Program-made: the position numbers and the translations under genes
The notes under the pieces: generated by a model
Told to the model about the DNA's origin: nothing
Seen by the model: the letters and a program-made list of their open reading frames with translations, nothing else
The model's database searches: none
In this document: positions 38,526 through 52,096 of the stretch, one piece after another
Layout: every line of letters starts with the position of its first letter
How positions within the stretch are numbered: the first letter of the stretch is position 1
Source of the DNA: Escherichia coli
Lineage (GTDB): Bacteria > Pseudomonadota > Gammaproteobacteria > Enterobacterales > Enterobacteriaceae
Direction: 5' to 3' (one strand)
DNA length: 64,000 nucleotides
Assembly (NCBI RefSeq): GCF_003334815.1
Contig: NZ_QOWO01000015.1

Positions 38526-38661
38526 TTTTGGTATGACCAATGCACCATTCATGTTATTCTCAATAGCGAAGAACATTTTCATTGCTGTAACCTGTTGTTA
38601 ATTAAGAGCTATGTTAATAACCATTAATTAACAATTGGTTAATAAATTTAAGGGGGTCACG

Positions 38662-39966
38662 TTGACTACGCCATTGAAAAAGATTGTGATTGTCGGCGGC
38701 GGTGCTGGTGGGCTGGAAATGGCAACACAGCTGGGGCATAAGCTGGGACGCAAGAAAAAAGCCAAAATTACGCTGGTCGATCGTAACCACAGCCACCTGT
38801 GGAAACCGCTGCTGCACGAAGTGGCGACTGGCTCGCTTGATGAAGGCGTCGATGCGTTGAGCTATCTGGCCCATGCGCGCAATCATGGTTTCCAGTTCCA
38901 GCTGGGTTCCGTCATTGATATTGATCGTGAAGCGAAAACAATCACTATTGCAGAACTGCGCGACGAGAAAGGTGAACTGCTGGTTCCGGAACGTAAAATC
39001 GCCTATGACACCCTGGTAATGGCGCTGGGTAGCACCTCTAACGATTTCAATACGCCAGGTGTCAAAGAGAACTGCATTTTCCTCGATAACCCGCACCAGG
39101 CGCGTCGCTTCCACCAGGAGATGCTGAATTTGTTCCTGAAATACTCCGCCAACCTGGGCGCGAATGGCAAAGTGAACATTGCGATTGTCGGCGGCGGCGC
39201 GACGGGTGTAGAACTCTCCGCTGAATTGCACAACGCGGTCAAGCAACTGCACAGCTACGGTTACAAAGGCCTGACCAACGAAGCCCTGAACGTAACGCTG
39301 GTAGAAGCGGGAGAACGTATTTTGCCTGCGTTACCGCCACGTATCTCTGCTGCGGCCCACAACGAGCTAACGAAACTTGGCGTTCGCGTGCTGACGCAAA
39401 CCATGGTCACCAGTGCTGATGAAGGCGGCCTGCACACTAAAGATGGCGAATATATTGAGGCTGATCTGATGGTATGGGCAGCCGGGATCAAAGCGCCAGA
39501 CTTCCTGAAAGATATCGGTGGTCTTGAAACTAACCGTATCAACCAGCTGGTGGTGGAACCGACGCTGCAAACCACCCGCGATCCAGACATTTACGCTATT
39601 GGCGACTGCGCGTCATGCCCGCGTCCGGAAGGGGGCTTTGTTCCGCCGCGTGCTCAGGCTGCACACCAGATGGCGACTTGCGCAATGAACAACATTCTGG
39701 CGCAGATGAACGGTAAGCCGCTGAAAAATTATCAGTATAAAGATCATGGTTCGCTGGTATCGCTGTCGAACTTCTCCACCGTCGGTAGCCTGATGGGTAA
39801 CCTGACGCGCGGCTCAATGATGATTGAAGGACGAATTGCGCGCTTTGTATATATCTCGCTATACCGAATGCATCAGATTGCGCTGCATGGTTACTTTAAA
39901 ACCGGATTAATGATGCTGGTGGGGAGTATTAACCGCGTTATCCGTCCGCGTTTGAAGTTGCATTAA
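38662..39966 (+). CDS. ndh: Type II NADH dehydrogenase NDH-2, 434 aa (TTG start)
   Basis: ORF-track frame 38635..39966; TTG 38662 gives [28 protein letters not shown] with Rossmann GxGxxG. Confidence 0.93.
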
Positions 39967-39980
39967 TCGACGTACACTGG

Positions 39981-40010
39981 CGGATGTGGCATAAACGCCT
40001 CATCCGCCCT
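39981..40010. repeat. REP-like hairpin downstream of ndh
   Basis: GGCGGATGTGGCATAAACGCCTCATCCGCC imperfect palindrome. Confidence 0.4.
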
Positions 40011-40175
40011 TGAGGAACAGCGCGATCGGCAGCCGCGTTGTATCAGGCATCCTTTCAGACTCCTCCGAATCCTTAAGTATTTCCAGCCATTCCCGCGCTT
40101 TTCATCTTCTGTCTGATAGCTGCTTTTCTCCTTCGCTTGCATGATTGGCATAACTGCAAAGAAGGAGGTGTTCCC

Positions 40176-40715
40176 GTGAATAAATCAATGTTGGCGGGTA
40201 TCGGGATTGGTGTCGCAGCTGCGCTGGGCGTAGCGGCAGTGGCCAGTCTGAACGTGTTTGAACGGGGCCCGCAATACGCTCAGGTTGTTTCTGCAACCCC
40301 AATCAAGGAAACGGTTAAAACACCGCGTCAGGAGTGTCGCAACGTCACAGTGACCCATCGTCGACCGGTGCAGGATGAAAATCGCATTACCGGGTCGGTG
40401 CTCGGCGCTGTTGCTGGCGGCGTGATAGGGCATCAGTTTGGTGGTGGTCGCGGTAAAGATGTCGCCACTGTTGTGGGGGCGCTGGGTGGTGGATATGCCG
40501 GTAACCAGATCCAGGGCTCTCTCCAGGAAAGCGATACTTACACGACTACGCAACAGCGTTGTAAAACGGTGTATGACAAGTCAGAAAAAATGCTCGGTTA
40601 TGATGTGACCTATAAGATTGGCGATCAGCAGGGCAAAATCCGCATGGACCGCGATCCGGGTACGCAGATCCCGCTAGATAGCAACGGGCAACTGATTTTG
40701 AATAACAAAGTATAA
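40176..40715 (+). CDS. ycfJ: Glycine-zipper membrane protein YcfJ, 179 aa (GTG start)
   Basis: ORF-track frame 40137..40715; GTG 40176 gives MNKSMLAGIGIGVAAALGVAAVASL; Gly-rich stretch GGVIGHQFGGGRGKDVATVVGALGGGYAG. Confidence 0.85.
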   Translation: MNKSMLAGIGIGVAAALGVAAVASLNVFERGPQYAQVVSATPIKETVKTPRQECRNVTVTHRRPVQDENRITGSVLGAVAGGVIGHQFGGGRGKDVATVVGALGGGYAGNQIQGSLQESDTYTTTQQRCKTVYDKSEKMLGYDVTYKIGDQQGKIRMDRDPGTQIPLDSNGQLILNNKV

Positions 40716-40746
40716 CAAGGCTGTACTCTGCAATTTGGCCCCTCAT

Positions 40747-40781
40747 TCGCTCAGGCTGAGGGGCTTTTTTTGCGACTTATT
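40747..40781 (+). terminator. ycfJ Rho-independent terminator
   Basis: GGCCCCTCA-TTCGCTCAGGC-TGAGGGGC stem followed by TTTTTTT. Confidence 0.8.
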
Positions 40782-41409
40782 TCACCAGTTCGGGCCATAA
40801 ACGCAAAGTCGTTCCGGCAATCTGCATCAGTTTTTCCAGCGATGCACCTTCGCGTGCGCTGATCGACATCCCCTGAATAATACAATTAAGGAATTCTGCC
40901 AGATGTGTCACGTCACAGTGGGGCGGGATTTCCCCGCGCGCTTGTCGTTGACATAAAAACTGCTGCAAAGTGCGCTCTTGCATCGCATGGCGTGATTTCA
41001 ACGTATTGGCGATATCTCCTGAATCTGGGGAGAGGGTGGTGCAGTTGTTGATCATGAAGCAGCCTGCCGGGGTGTCTTTGCTGGTAAAGCAGTTGGCGAT
41101 GGCAGCAAAATAGTCAGCCAGCGCAGACTCCACGCTTTTCTCTTCACAAAACAGCTGTGCTTCATGCTTAGCGGCAAAACGATCGATATAGCGGTCGAGA
41201 ACGGCACGAAATAACCCCTCTTTGTTGGTAAATTCCGCGTATAGCGTGGGCGCTTTGGCTCCGGTCGCTTCGACGAGGTCCGCAAGAGAAGTCGCTTCAT
41301 AACCGTGTTGCCAGAACAATTTCATGGCCTTATCAAGCGCGGCATCCCTGTCGAACACTTTTGGGCGGCCACGGCTTTTTTTTACACATTGTGTTGAGTC
41401 AGTTGCCAT
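40777..41409 (-). CDS. comR: TetR-family repressor ComR (YcfQ), 210 aa
   Basis: ORF-track frame 40777..41487; ATG at 41409 gives MATDSTQCVKKSRGRPKVFDRDAALDKAMKLFWQHGYEATSLADLVEATG, a TetR HTH. Confidence 0.9.
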   Translation of the reverse strand: MATDSTQCVKKSRGRPKVFDRDAALDKAMKLFWQHGYEATSLADLVEATGAKAPTLYAEFTNKEGLFRAVLDRYIDRFAAKHEAQLFCEEKSVESALADYFAAIANCFTSKDTPAGCFMINNCTTLSPDSGDIANTLKSRHAMQERTLQQFLCQRQARGEIPPHCDVTHLAEFLNCIIQGMSISAREGASLEKLMQIAGTTLRLWPELVK

Positions 41410-41564
41410 GATGCCGTTGTACCTGGTGACTGTGAATGAAAGGTTATTATAAAAATAATCACCTCCGTTCACCAGTCCAGATCCCATAAAAATAATTGCT
41501 TTCTATTTAACTGAAATTTAAAGATTTTTAAATTAATTAATGATTGTTATAAAAAATATCTTGT

Positions 41565-41582
41565 ATGTGATCCAGATCACAT
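41565..41582. promoter_or_regulatory. 18-bp inverted repeat ATGTGATC-CA-GATCACAT (core TGTGA-N6-TCACA) in the comR-bhsA divergent region
   Basis: Near-perfect palindrome with exact CRP half-sites, 68-85 nt upstream of bhsA and about 160 nt upstream of comR. Confidence 0.55.
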
Positions 41583-41649
41583 CTATCATTTAGTTATCGA
41601 TCGTTAAGTAATTGCTTGCGACGTCATTCATCTGCATAAGGCCACTATT

Positions 41650-41907
41650 ATGAAAAACGTAAAAACCCTCATCGCTGCGGCGATTTTAAGCTCCATGTCA
41701 TTTGCCAGCTTTGCGGCTGTCGAAGTTCAGTCAACGCCAGAAGGCCAACAAAAAGTCGGTACAATCAGTGCTAACGCGGGGACAAATCTGGGATCGCTGG
41801 AAGAGCAGCTGGCGCAAAAAGCGGATGAGATGGGCGCAAAATCTTTCCGTATTACTTCTGTAACCGGTCCGAATACCCTCCATGGAACAGCAGTAATTTA
41901 TAAATAA
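41650..41907 (+). CDS. bhsA: Multiple stress resistance protein BhsA (YcfR/ComC), 85 aa
   Basis: 85-aa secreted YhcN-family ORF MKNVKTLIAAAILSSMSFASFA. Confidence 0.92.
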   Translation: MKNVKTLIAAAILSSMSFASFAAVEVQSTPEGQQKVGTISANAGTNLGSLEEQLAQKADEMGAKSFRITSVTGPNTLHGTAVIYK

Positions 41908-41945
41908 GCATTAACCCTCATTAATGCCTGCTACTGCTGATTTTT

Positions 41946-41979
41946 TCCCCGCGACATGCCGTGTCGCGGGGATTTTTTT
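41946..41979 (+). terminator. bhsA Rho-independent terminator
   Basis: CCCCGCGACA-TGCCG-TGTCGCGGGG 10-bp stem followed by ATTTTTTTA. Confidence 0.85.
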
Positions 41980-41988
41980 ATCCGGGCT

Positions 41989-42951
41989 TTACAGCGTTTG
42001 TGGGCTCACTTGATGACGGCGGACATCCACCGGCATCCCGGAACGGACATCCATCACATGTTGCATCACTTCAGCGTCAGTTTGTGCTGCATCTTTAAAT
42101 GATTGCATTGCGCTATTCAGCGTAATTGGCAGCAGCTGCGGATCGTCATCAATCTTCTCTGACAGCGGCTGATGTACTTCAACCAGACGCGCACCGTTTG
42201 GTTCGGCAGAGACTTTTATCGGAGTGTTGATGATATTCACTTTGGTGCCTGGGGTGACCTGGCTAAAGAGTGTTTTGATATCGTCATCCCGCAGACGAAT
42301 ACAGCCAGAACTTACCCGCATGCCAATGCCGAAATCGGCGTTCGTACCATGAAGCAAATAAACGCCGCCATAGGCCGCCAGACGAATCGCATGATGGCCC
42401 ATTGGGTTATCCGGTCCAGCCGGCACTACCGCAGGCAACTCAATTCCCTGTGCTTTATAACGGGCGCGGATGTTTGCCGTTGGCGTCCAGGTTGGGTTTG
42501 CACGTTTGTCTGAAACGGTGGTCACCATTGTCGGTGTCAGCGTGTCACCACCTAACTGACCAATACCTATTGGATACACGGTTACCGAATTTTTACCCGG
42601 CGGGTAGTAATAGAGACGCAGCTCCGCAATGTTGATCACAATGCCTTCGCGCGGCGCATCTGGAAGTAGGGTTTGCAACGGGATCGTTAACACGCTGCCC
42701 GCGCGCGGTACGTAAGGATCAACGCCGGGGTTAGCCTGTAACAGAGCGAGAAAGCCGACGTTGTATTTTTTGGCGATGGCTTCCAGAGAACCACCGTCAT
42801 TTTCCACCACATGAAATTTGTTTTCGCCAACCAGACGACTGCCCGCTGGCGGCAGCGGCCAGGTGTTGGCTTTTGCCGGTAGCGCCAGCGCCACGGCAGC
42901 GGCGAACGTAAAAAACGTTAGCCAGCGAGAAAAACGCGTTTTGATCATCAC
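41989..42951 (-). CDS. ldtC: L,D-transpeptidase LdtC (YcfS), about 320 aa
   Basis: ORF-track frame 41989..42954 with signal peptide; YkuD domain; start taken as GTG 42951 (ATG 42948 also possible). Confidence 0.88.
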   Translation of the reverse strand: MMIKTRFSRWLTFFTFAAAVALALPAKANTWPLPPAGSRLVGENKFHVVENDGGSLEAIAKKYNVGFLALLQANPGVDPYVPRAGSVLTIPLQTLLPDAPREGIVINIAELRLYYYPPGKNSVTVYPIGIGQLGGDTLTPTMVTTVSDKRANPTWTPTANIRARYKAQGIELPAVVPAGPDNPMGHHAIRLAAYGGVYLLHGTNADFGIGMRVSSGCIRLRDDDIKTLFSQVTPGTKVNIINTPIKVSAEPNGARLVEVHQPLSEKIDDDPQLLPITLNSAMQSFKDAAQTDAEVMQHVMDVRSGMPVDVRRHQVSPQTL

Positions 42952-43094
42952 CAAAAATCCATAATAAATATAAGGTTATTGTAATAAACAGATAAGCCTG
43001 AATTATGGATGGTGACAGTGTCGGATAGTGCAGGGAAGTGCAAAGAATTTGTAAATGTTGCAGATGGGGGCGCAGAAACGCCCCCGATTTACCA

Positions 43095-46000
43095 TTAAGC
43101 GATCGCGTTCTCTTCCAGTTCACGCATAAACTGGCGTACCCATTCGATACGCGTTTTCCGCTCACTCAAATCCTGAATAAATTTCAGGCGCGTCGGACCA
43201 TCAAGGCGGTAATGCTGCGGCTGTTTTTGCAGCAAACCAATCAACCAGGCCGGATTAACGTGATTCTTCTCGGCAAATTCGATCACCCCGCCTTTCTCAT
43301 TACCTTCCAGCTTCCTGATCCCCAGTTTCTGCGCTTGCTGGCGCAGACGGGCAATATCCAGCAGGGTACGCGCCGGATCTGGCAGCAGGCCGAAGCGATC
43401 GATAAGCTCGACTTTGATCTCTTCCAGTTCGTTTTCCGTTTTGGCGCTGGCAATACGTTTGTAGAACGACAGACGCGTGTTCACGTCAGGGATGAAATCA
43501 TCTGGCAATAGCGACGGCATCCGCAGCTCGACTTCTGTTTGCTGGCTGGTGAGATCTTCCAGCGACGGCTCGCGTCCGGCTTTCAGTGCATCGACGGCGT
43601 TTTCCAGCAACTCCATATACAGCGAGAAACCGATGGTTTCCATTGAGCCGCTTTGTTCTTCGCCAAGCAGTTCACCCGCGCCGCGAATCTCCAGATCGTG
43701 CGTTGCCAGCGCAAAACCTGCCCCGAGATCTTCCAGCGAGGCAATTGCTTCAAGACGTTTTTGTGCATCGGTAGTCATCGCTTTTGGATGCGGTGTCAGC
43801 AACCATGCATATGCCTGATGATGCGAACGTCCGACGCGACCGCGTAACTGGTGCAGCTGCGCCAGACCGAAGTGATCCGCGCGTTCAATGATAATAGTGT
43901 TGGCTGTCGGGATGTCGATCCCGGTTTCGATAATGGTTGTACAAACCAGCACGTTGAAACGTTGATGATGGAAATCATTCATCACCCGTTCCAGTTCGCG
44001 CTCGCGCATCTGCCCGTGACCGATGGCGATCCGCGCTTCTGGCACCAGTTCTGCCAGCCGTTCGGCGGCTTTCTGAATGTTTTCCACATCATTGTAGAGA
44101 TAATAAACCTGTCCTCCGCGCAAAATTTCACGCAGGATCGCCTCCCGGACCACCATGCTGTCATACTCACGGACAAAGGTTTTAACTGCCAGACGACGGG
44201 CGGGCGGCGTGGCGATAATCGACAGGTCACGCATTCCGCTCATTGCCATATTCAGCGTACGTGGGATCGGCGTTGCAGTAAGCGTCAGAATATCCACGTT
44301 CGCGCGCATCGCTTTAATGCGCTCTTTATGACGCACCCCGAAGCGGTGTTCTTCATCGACAATCAGCAGGCCTAAATCTTTAAACTTGACGTCACTTTGC
44401 AGCAGTTTGTGCGTACCGATCAGAATATCGATTTTCCCTTCCGCCACTTCCGCAAGGATTTGCGTCTGCTCTTTGGCGCTGCGGAAACGGGAGATCATTT
44501 CGATACGTACCGGCCAGTTGGCGAAACGGTCGCGGAAGTTGTCGTAATGCTGCTGCGCGAGAAGGGTGGTAGGCACCAGCACCGCCACCTGCTTGTGGTT
44601 ATCTACTGCCAGGAAAGCTGCGCGCATCGCCACTTCTGTTTTACCAAAGCCAACATCGCCGCACACCAGACGATCCATTGCCAGCGGCTGACACATGTCG
44701 CTAAGTACCGCATTAATGGCCTGCGCCTGATCCGGCGTGGTTTCAAACGGGAAGCTGTCGCAGAACAACTGATACTGCTCACGATCGTGTTTAAACGCGA
44801 AGCCCTCTTTGGCGGCGCGTTGCGCGTAGATATCCAGCAATTCCGCCGCCACATCACGCACTTTTTCCGCCGCTTTCTGCCGCGCGCGTGACCACGCATC
44901 GCCGCCAAGTTTATGCAGCGGGGCGTTTTCTTCCGCGCCACCTGCGTAACGGCTAATCAGATGCAGTGACGACACCGGAACATACAGTTTGGCGTCGTTG
45001 GCATAGGTGAGCATCAGATACTCGCCAGTAATGCCACCCGCTTCCAGCGTGGTCATTCCGGCATAACGACCGACGCCGTGCTCCAGATGGACCACCGGCT
45101 GACCAATATGCAGTTCCGCAAGGTTACGGATCAGTGTATCGGGGTTGATGGTGCGGCGAGAATCCTGACGACGACGGGCAACGCGTTCACCGAGCAGATC
45201 GCTTTCGCAAATCAGCGCCAGATTACGCACCGTATCGACAAAACCATGTTCGGCAGCGCCAATCATCAGATAACGCCCACGGTCGCTGGCTTCATCAAGA
45301 CGCATAATGCGTTGCGGAGCAATTTTAATTCGTGCGAGCAGTTCACCCAGCGCTTCACGGCGACCTTCACTTTCTACCGAGAACACCACCGGACCGTCGA
45401 AAGTCTCGAGGAACTTACGCAGCGCATCCAGCGGCGCTTTTTGTTGTGCCTGAACGGCCAGGTCTGGCAGTTTCTGGAAACCTAAATTGGCATTCGCGGC
45501 TTTTGTCGGTAAATGTTCAGTTTTTAGCTGCACCCGGGGCCAGTTTTTCAGCTCTGAGAAGAGCTCGTCCACCCGCAGCCAGAGCGATTGTGGTGGCAAC
45601 AGCGGGCGCATCGGATCGACGCCGCGATTCTCAAAACGCGCCAGCGTGTCAGCCTGGAAACGTTCGGCACTGGTTTCCAGATCGCCAGTATTCACGAGCA
45701 AGGTATTGGCAGGGAAATAACTGAACAGCGGCGGCAGTGGTTCGCTGAAGAACAATGGCTGCCAGTACTCGATCCCGGCAGGTAATGTGCCTTTACTCAC
45801 TTGCTGGTAAATATGTTCTGGATCGCGCTTCACTTCGAAGGTATCGCGCCACTGGCTGCGGAACAGTTCAATTGCCGCTTTATCGGTCGGAAATTCGTGC
45901 GCGGGCAGCAGATTGATCGCTTCTACTTCCTCCAGCGTGCGCTGGCTGTCGACGTCAAACACCCGCAGGCTGTCGATTTCATCATCAAAGAAATCAAGAC

Positions 46001-46541
46001 GATAAGGCAGCTCACTCCCCATCGGGAAGAGATCCAGCAACGCGCCGCGCGTGGCGTATTCGCCGTGCTCCATCACCTGGTCAACATGGCGATAACCGGC
46101 GCTGTCCAGTTGGGTTCGTAATGCATCTCGTGACAGGCGCTGACCTTTTTTCATCACCAGCGCATGACCGTGGAGAAAACTGTGTGGGCAAACGCGCTGC
46201 ATAAGCGTATTCACCGGAACAATCAGTACGCCACGCTGCATCGTCGGTAGCTGGTAAAGGGTGGAAAGGCGCGAGGAGATAATGTCCTGATGAGGCGAAA
46301 AACTGTCGTAGGGAAGAGTTTCCCAGTCCGCCAGATTCATCACCATTTGATCGGTAAACTGGCTGATTTCATCATGCAAACGCAGAGCATTTTGCATATC
46401 TGGTGCAATGAGTACCACCGGACCGGCGTGACGTTCGGCAATTTCCGCTACCAGCGTTGCACAGGCTGCGCCGGTTAACTCGCCCAGCAGACGCTGCTCA
46501 CCCGCTTTGACGGGCAGCGTATAACGATATTGTTCAGGCAT
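43095..46541 (-). CDS. mfd: Transcription-repair coupling factor Mfd, 1148 aa
   Basis: ORF-track frame 43095..46604; ATG at 46541 gives MPEQYRYTLPVKAGEQRLLGEL; superfamily-2 helicase motifs (GDVGFGKTEVAMRAAF, DEEHRFG). Confidence 0.96.
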   Translation of the reverse strand: MPEQYRYTLPVKAGEQRLLGELTGAACATLVAEIAERHAGPVVLIAPDMQNALRLHDEISQFTDQMVMNLADWETLPYDSFSPHQDIISSRLSTLYQLPTMQRGVLIVPVNTLMQRVCPHSFLHGHALVMKKGQRLSRDALRTQLDSAGYRHVDQVMEHGEYATRGALLDLFPMGSELPYRLDFFDDEIDSLRVFDVDSQRTLEEVEAINLLPAHEFPTDKAAIELFRSQWRDTFEVKRDPEHIYQQVSKGTLPAGIEYWQPLFFSEPLPPLFSYFPANTLLVNTGDLETSAERFQADTLARFENRGVDPMRPLLPPQSLWLRVDELFSELKNWPRVQLKTEHLPTKAANANLGFQKLPDLAVQAQQKAPLDALRKFLETFDGPVVFSVESEGRREALGELLARIKIAPQRIMRLDEASDRGRYLMIGAAEHGFVDTVRNLALICESDLLGERVARRRQDSRRTINPDTLIRNLAELHIGQPVVHLEHGVGRYAGMTTLEAGGITGEYLMLTYANDAKLYVPVSSLHLISRYAGGAEENAPLHKLGGDAWSRARQKAAEKVRDVAAELLDIYAQRAAKEGFAFKHDREQYQLFCDSFPFETTPDQAQAINAVLSDMCQPLAMDRLVCGDVGFGKTEVAMRAAFLAVDNHKQVAVLVPTTLLAQQHYDNFRDRFANWPVRIEMISRFRSAKEQTQILAEVAEGKIDILIGTHKLLQSDVKFKDLGLLIVDEEHRFGVRHKERIKAMRANVDILTLTATPIPRTLNMAMSGMRDLSIIATPPARRLAVKTFVREYDSMVVREAILREILRGGQVYYLYNDVENIQKAAERLAELVPEARIAIGHGQMRERELERVMNDFHHQRFNVLVCTTIIETGIDIPTANTIIIERADHFGLAQLHQLRGRVGRSHHQAYAWLLTPHPKAMTTDAQKRLEAIASLEDLGAGFALATHDLEIRGAGELLGEEQSGSMETIGFSLYMELLENAVDALKAGREPSLEDLTSQQTEVELRMPSLLPDDFIPDVNTRLSFYKRIASAKTENELEEIKVELIDRFGLLPDPARTLLDIARLRQQAQKLGIRKLEGNEKGGVIEFAEKNHVNPAWLIGLLQKQPQHYRLDGPTRLKFIQDLSERKTRIEWVRQFMRELEENAIA

Positions 46542-46668
46542 AACGGTTGTCAGATTCTCGTTAGGATATGCCTCAACATATGGGGGCATATCTCTGATAA
46601 GCAATGCTGTTCATTATCCGTAATCGACATGGTTTAGCAAATTGAATCGCCCCGGCTGGGGCGATGGC

Positions 46669-47742
46669 TTAGCGGGAGTAACTGACGGCAGCGGGCAGTG
46701 AAGGCGGGGAGAACAACAGATCGCTGAATGCACGCTGTGAAAGTTTTCTTACCAGCAAGCCCGCAACAGTACAGATGAACAAACTGACAAAGGGATAAAC
46801 CAGCAGGAGTGTCAGTTCGACTTGCGGCGACCAGCGTGCTGCGTTCATTTGCGCAAGCAGAGTTAAGCTGAATATTTCAACCAGAATGCGATGGGTGGTG
46901 TAGATAGCAATGGTGTTGGAGCCAATCACATTCAGCAGGCTGGTGGAGCGCATACCGAATCGTTGCTCGTATTGATAAAACAGCTTCATGATCACCACAA
47001 TCGATACCAGCGACAACAGCAGCGAGATAGTAAACAACCAGGCACCGACCGCCAGAACGGTAAGCAAAGAAGCCATCAGCAGATGGCGGCGCAACGGCAC
47101 CTCTTTAACACAGGTCATTATTGTTGCGCCAAACCATGCGCCAAGGCTGTAATAAGGCAAATTGCGGATCACACTGTTCATTCCCCACCACGGCGTGGGA
47201 ACGAAATTAACCGCCACACTCAGCAGTACAAACAAGGCGAATAGTGGCAGCGCCAGACGGCTAAAAATTTTACATACCCCGAAATAGACAATTAACGCAT
47301 ACAGATACCACAAGCTGGTGCTGGCGGTGATCATCCCGTGCAGGAACTCACCGGTGGAATCGGCATAAGCGGCATTGGAGGCATTGCTTAAATCGCGCTC
47401 AGGTGCCAGCCACTGGTTCAGCGCACTTAACGCCAGCCACTGCACCACGCCCCAAAGCGCCAGCACCCAGAAGATGTTCCAGATCCGTTTATCGAGACAA
47501 TTTCCCCACGGTACGCTGTCGATATAGCGGCGAATCAAATAGCCGGATATAAAGAAAAAAACCGGCATACGAAAGGGGGCAAGGTAAAGATTGAAATAGA
47601 TCCAGCATTTGCTCAGGACTTCCGATAACGGATGCTGAAAAGTGGTCAGATGCGGATAAAAGGTAATGACCGAGTGATAAATCACCACCAGACAAATACA
47701 TAACCCTTTGATCTGGTTAATCCATAGCTCTTTTTGTTTCAT
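46669..47742 (-). CDS. ycfT: Inner-membrane acyltransferase-3 family protein YcfT, 357 aa
   Basis: 357-aa polytopic membrane ORF MKQKELWINQIKGLCICLVVIYHSV. Confidence 0.85.
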   Translation of the reverse strand: MKQKELWINQIKGLCICLVVIYHSVITFYPHLTTFQHPLSEVLSKCWIYFNLYLAPFRMPVFFFISGYLIRRYIDSVPWGNCLDKRIWNIFWVLALWGVVQWLALSALNQWLAPERDLSNASNAAYADSTGEFLHGMITASTSLWYLYALIVYFGVCKIFSRLALPLFALFVLLSVAVNFVPTPWWGMNSVIRNLPYYSLGAWFGATIMTCVKEVPLRRHLLMASLLTVLAVGAWLFTISLLLSLVSIVVIMKLFYQYEQRFGMRSTSLLNVIGSNTIAIYTTHRILVEIFSLTLLAQMNAARWSPQVELTLLLVYPFVSLFICTVAGLLVRKLSQRAFSDLLFSPPSLPAAVSYSR

Positions 47743-47892
47743 CAGGACAACACGCTCTTTTTTAATTTACATGCGGTTGATCCTGCGGGTTATGACCCGA
47801 GGTGTAATGGGTATCTGTCTGTATTGGATGATTTTTCAGATTAAGATCAGGCGGCAAGATTGATGATAAAACATGGCAATTTAGCCGATTGA

Positions 47893-51141
<3,249 letters not shown>

Positions 51142-51169
51142 AGGCAGTACATTAAAACAAGGAGCGGCA

Positions 51170-52081
51170 ATGTATTACGGGTTTGATATTGGTGGAACAA
51201 AAATTGCGCTTGGCGTGTTTGATAGCGGTTGGCAGTTGCAGTGGGAAAAGCGGGTGCCGACACCGCGTGACAGCTATGACGCATTTTTAGATGCAGTGTG
51301 TGAGCTGGTAGCTGAAGCTGACCAACGTTTTGGCTGTAAAGGTTCTGTCGGCATCGGTATTCCGGGAATGCCGGAAACAGAAGATGGTACGCTGTATGCC
51401 GCCAATGTCCCCGCTGCCAGCGGTAAACCGCTGCGTGCCGACCTGAGCGCACGTCTTGATCGCGATGTACGCCTTGATAACGATGCCAACTGTTTTGCCC
51501 TTTCAGAAGCCTGGGATGATGAATTTACTCAATATCCACTGGTGATGGGGTTGATTCTCGGCACCGGTGTTGGCGGCGGGCTGATTTTCAACGGCAAACC
51601 GATTACCGGTAAAAGCTACATTACCGGCGAGTTTGGCCATATGCGTCTGCCGGTTGATGCGTTAACCATGATGGGGTTGGATTTCCCGTTACGCCGCTGC
51701 GGCTGTGGTCAGCATGGCTGCATTGAAAATTATCTGTCTGGTCGCGGTTTTGCGTGGCTGTATCAACACTATTATCATCAACCGTTGCAGGCTCCCGAAA
51801 TTATTGCGCTTTATGATCAAGGCGATGAGCAGGCAAGGGCGCACGTTGAGCGTTATCTGGATTTATTAGCGGTTTGTCTGGGAAATATCCTGACCATCGT
51901 TGACCCTGACCTGGTCGTCATTGGTGGTGGCTTATCGAATTTCCCGGCAATCACAACGCAACTGGCGGACAGGCTGCCTCGTCATCTCTTACCTGTAGCT
52001 CGTGTTCCGCGCATTGAACGCGCGCGCCACGGTGATGCGGGAGGAATGCGTGGTGCGGCCTTCCTACATCTAACCGATTAA
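51170..52081 (+). CDS. nagK: N-acetyl-D-glucosamine kinase NagK, 303 aa
   Basis: ORF-track frame 51110..52081; ATG 51170 gives [18 protein letters not shown], a ROK-family start. Confidence 0.92.
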   Translation: MYYGFDIGGTKIALGVFDSGWQLQWEKRVPTPRDSYDAFLDAVCELVAEADQRFGCKGSVGIGIPGMPETEDGTLYAANVPAASGKPLRADLSARLDRDVRLDNDANCFALSEAWDDEFTQYPLVMGLILGTGVGGGLIFNGKPITGKSYITGEFGHMRLPVDALTMMGLDFPLRRCGCGQHGCIENYLSGRGFAWLYQHYYHQPLQAPEIIALYDQGDEQARAHVERYLDLLAVCLGNILTIVDPDLVVIGGGLSNFPAITTQLADRLPRHLLPVARVPRIERARHGDAGGMRGAAFLHLTD

Positions 52082-52096
52082 ACAACAGAGGTTGCT

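Noticed and set aside
43851-46478. Several 60-175-aa plus-strand ORFs inside mfd
   Set aside because: All are antisense to the 1148-aa mfd frame with helicase motifs; none has an independent start context.
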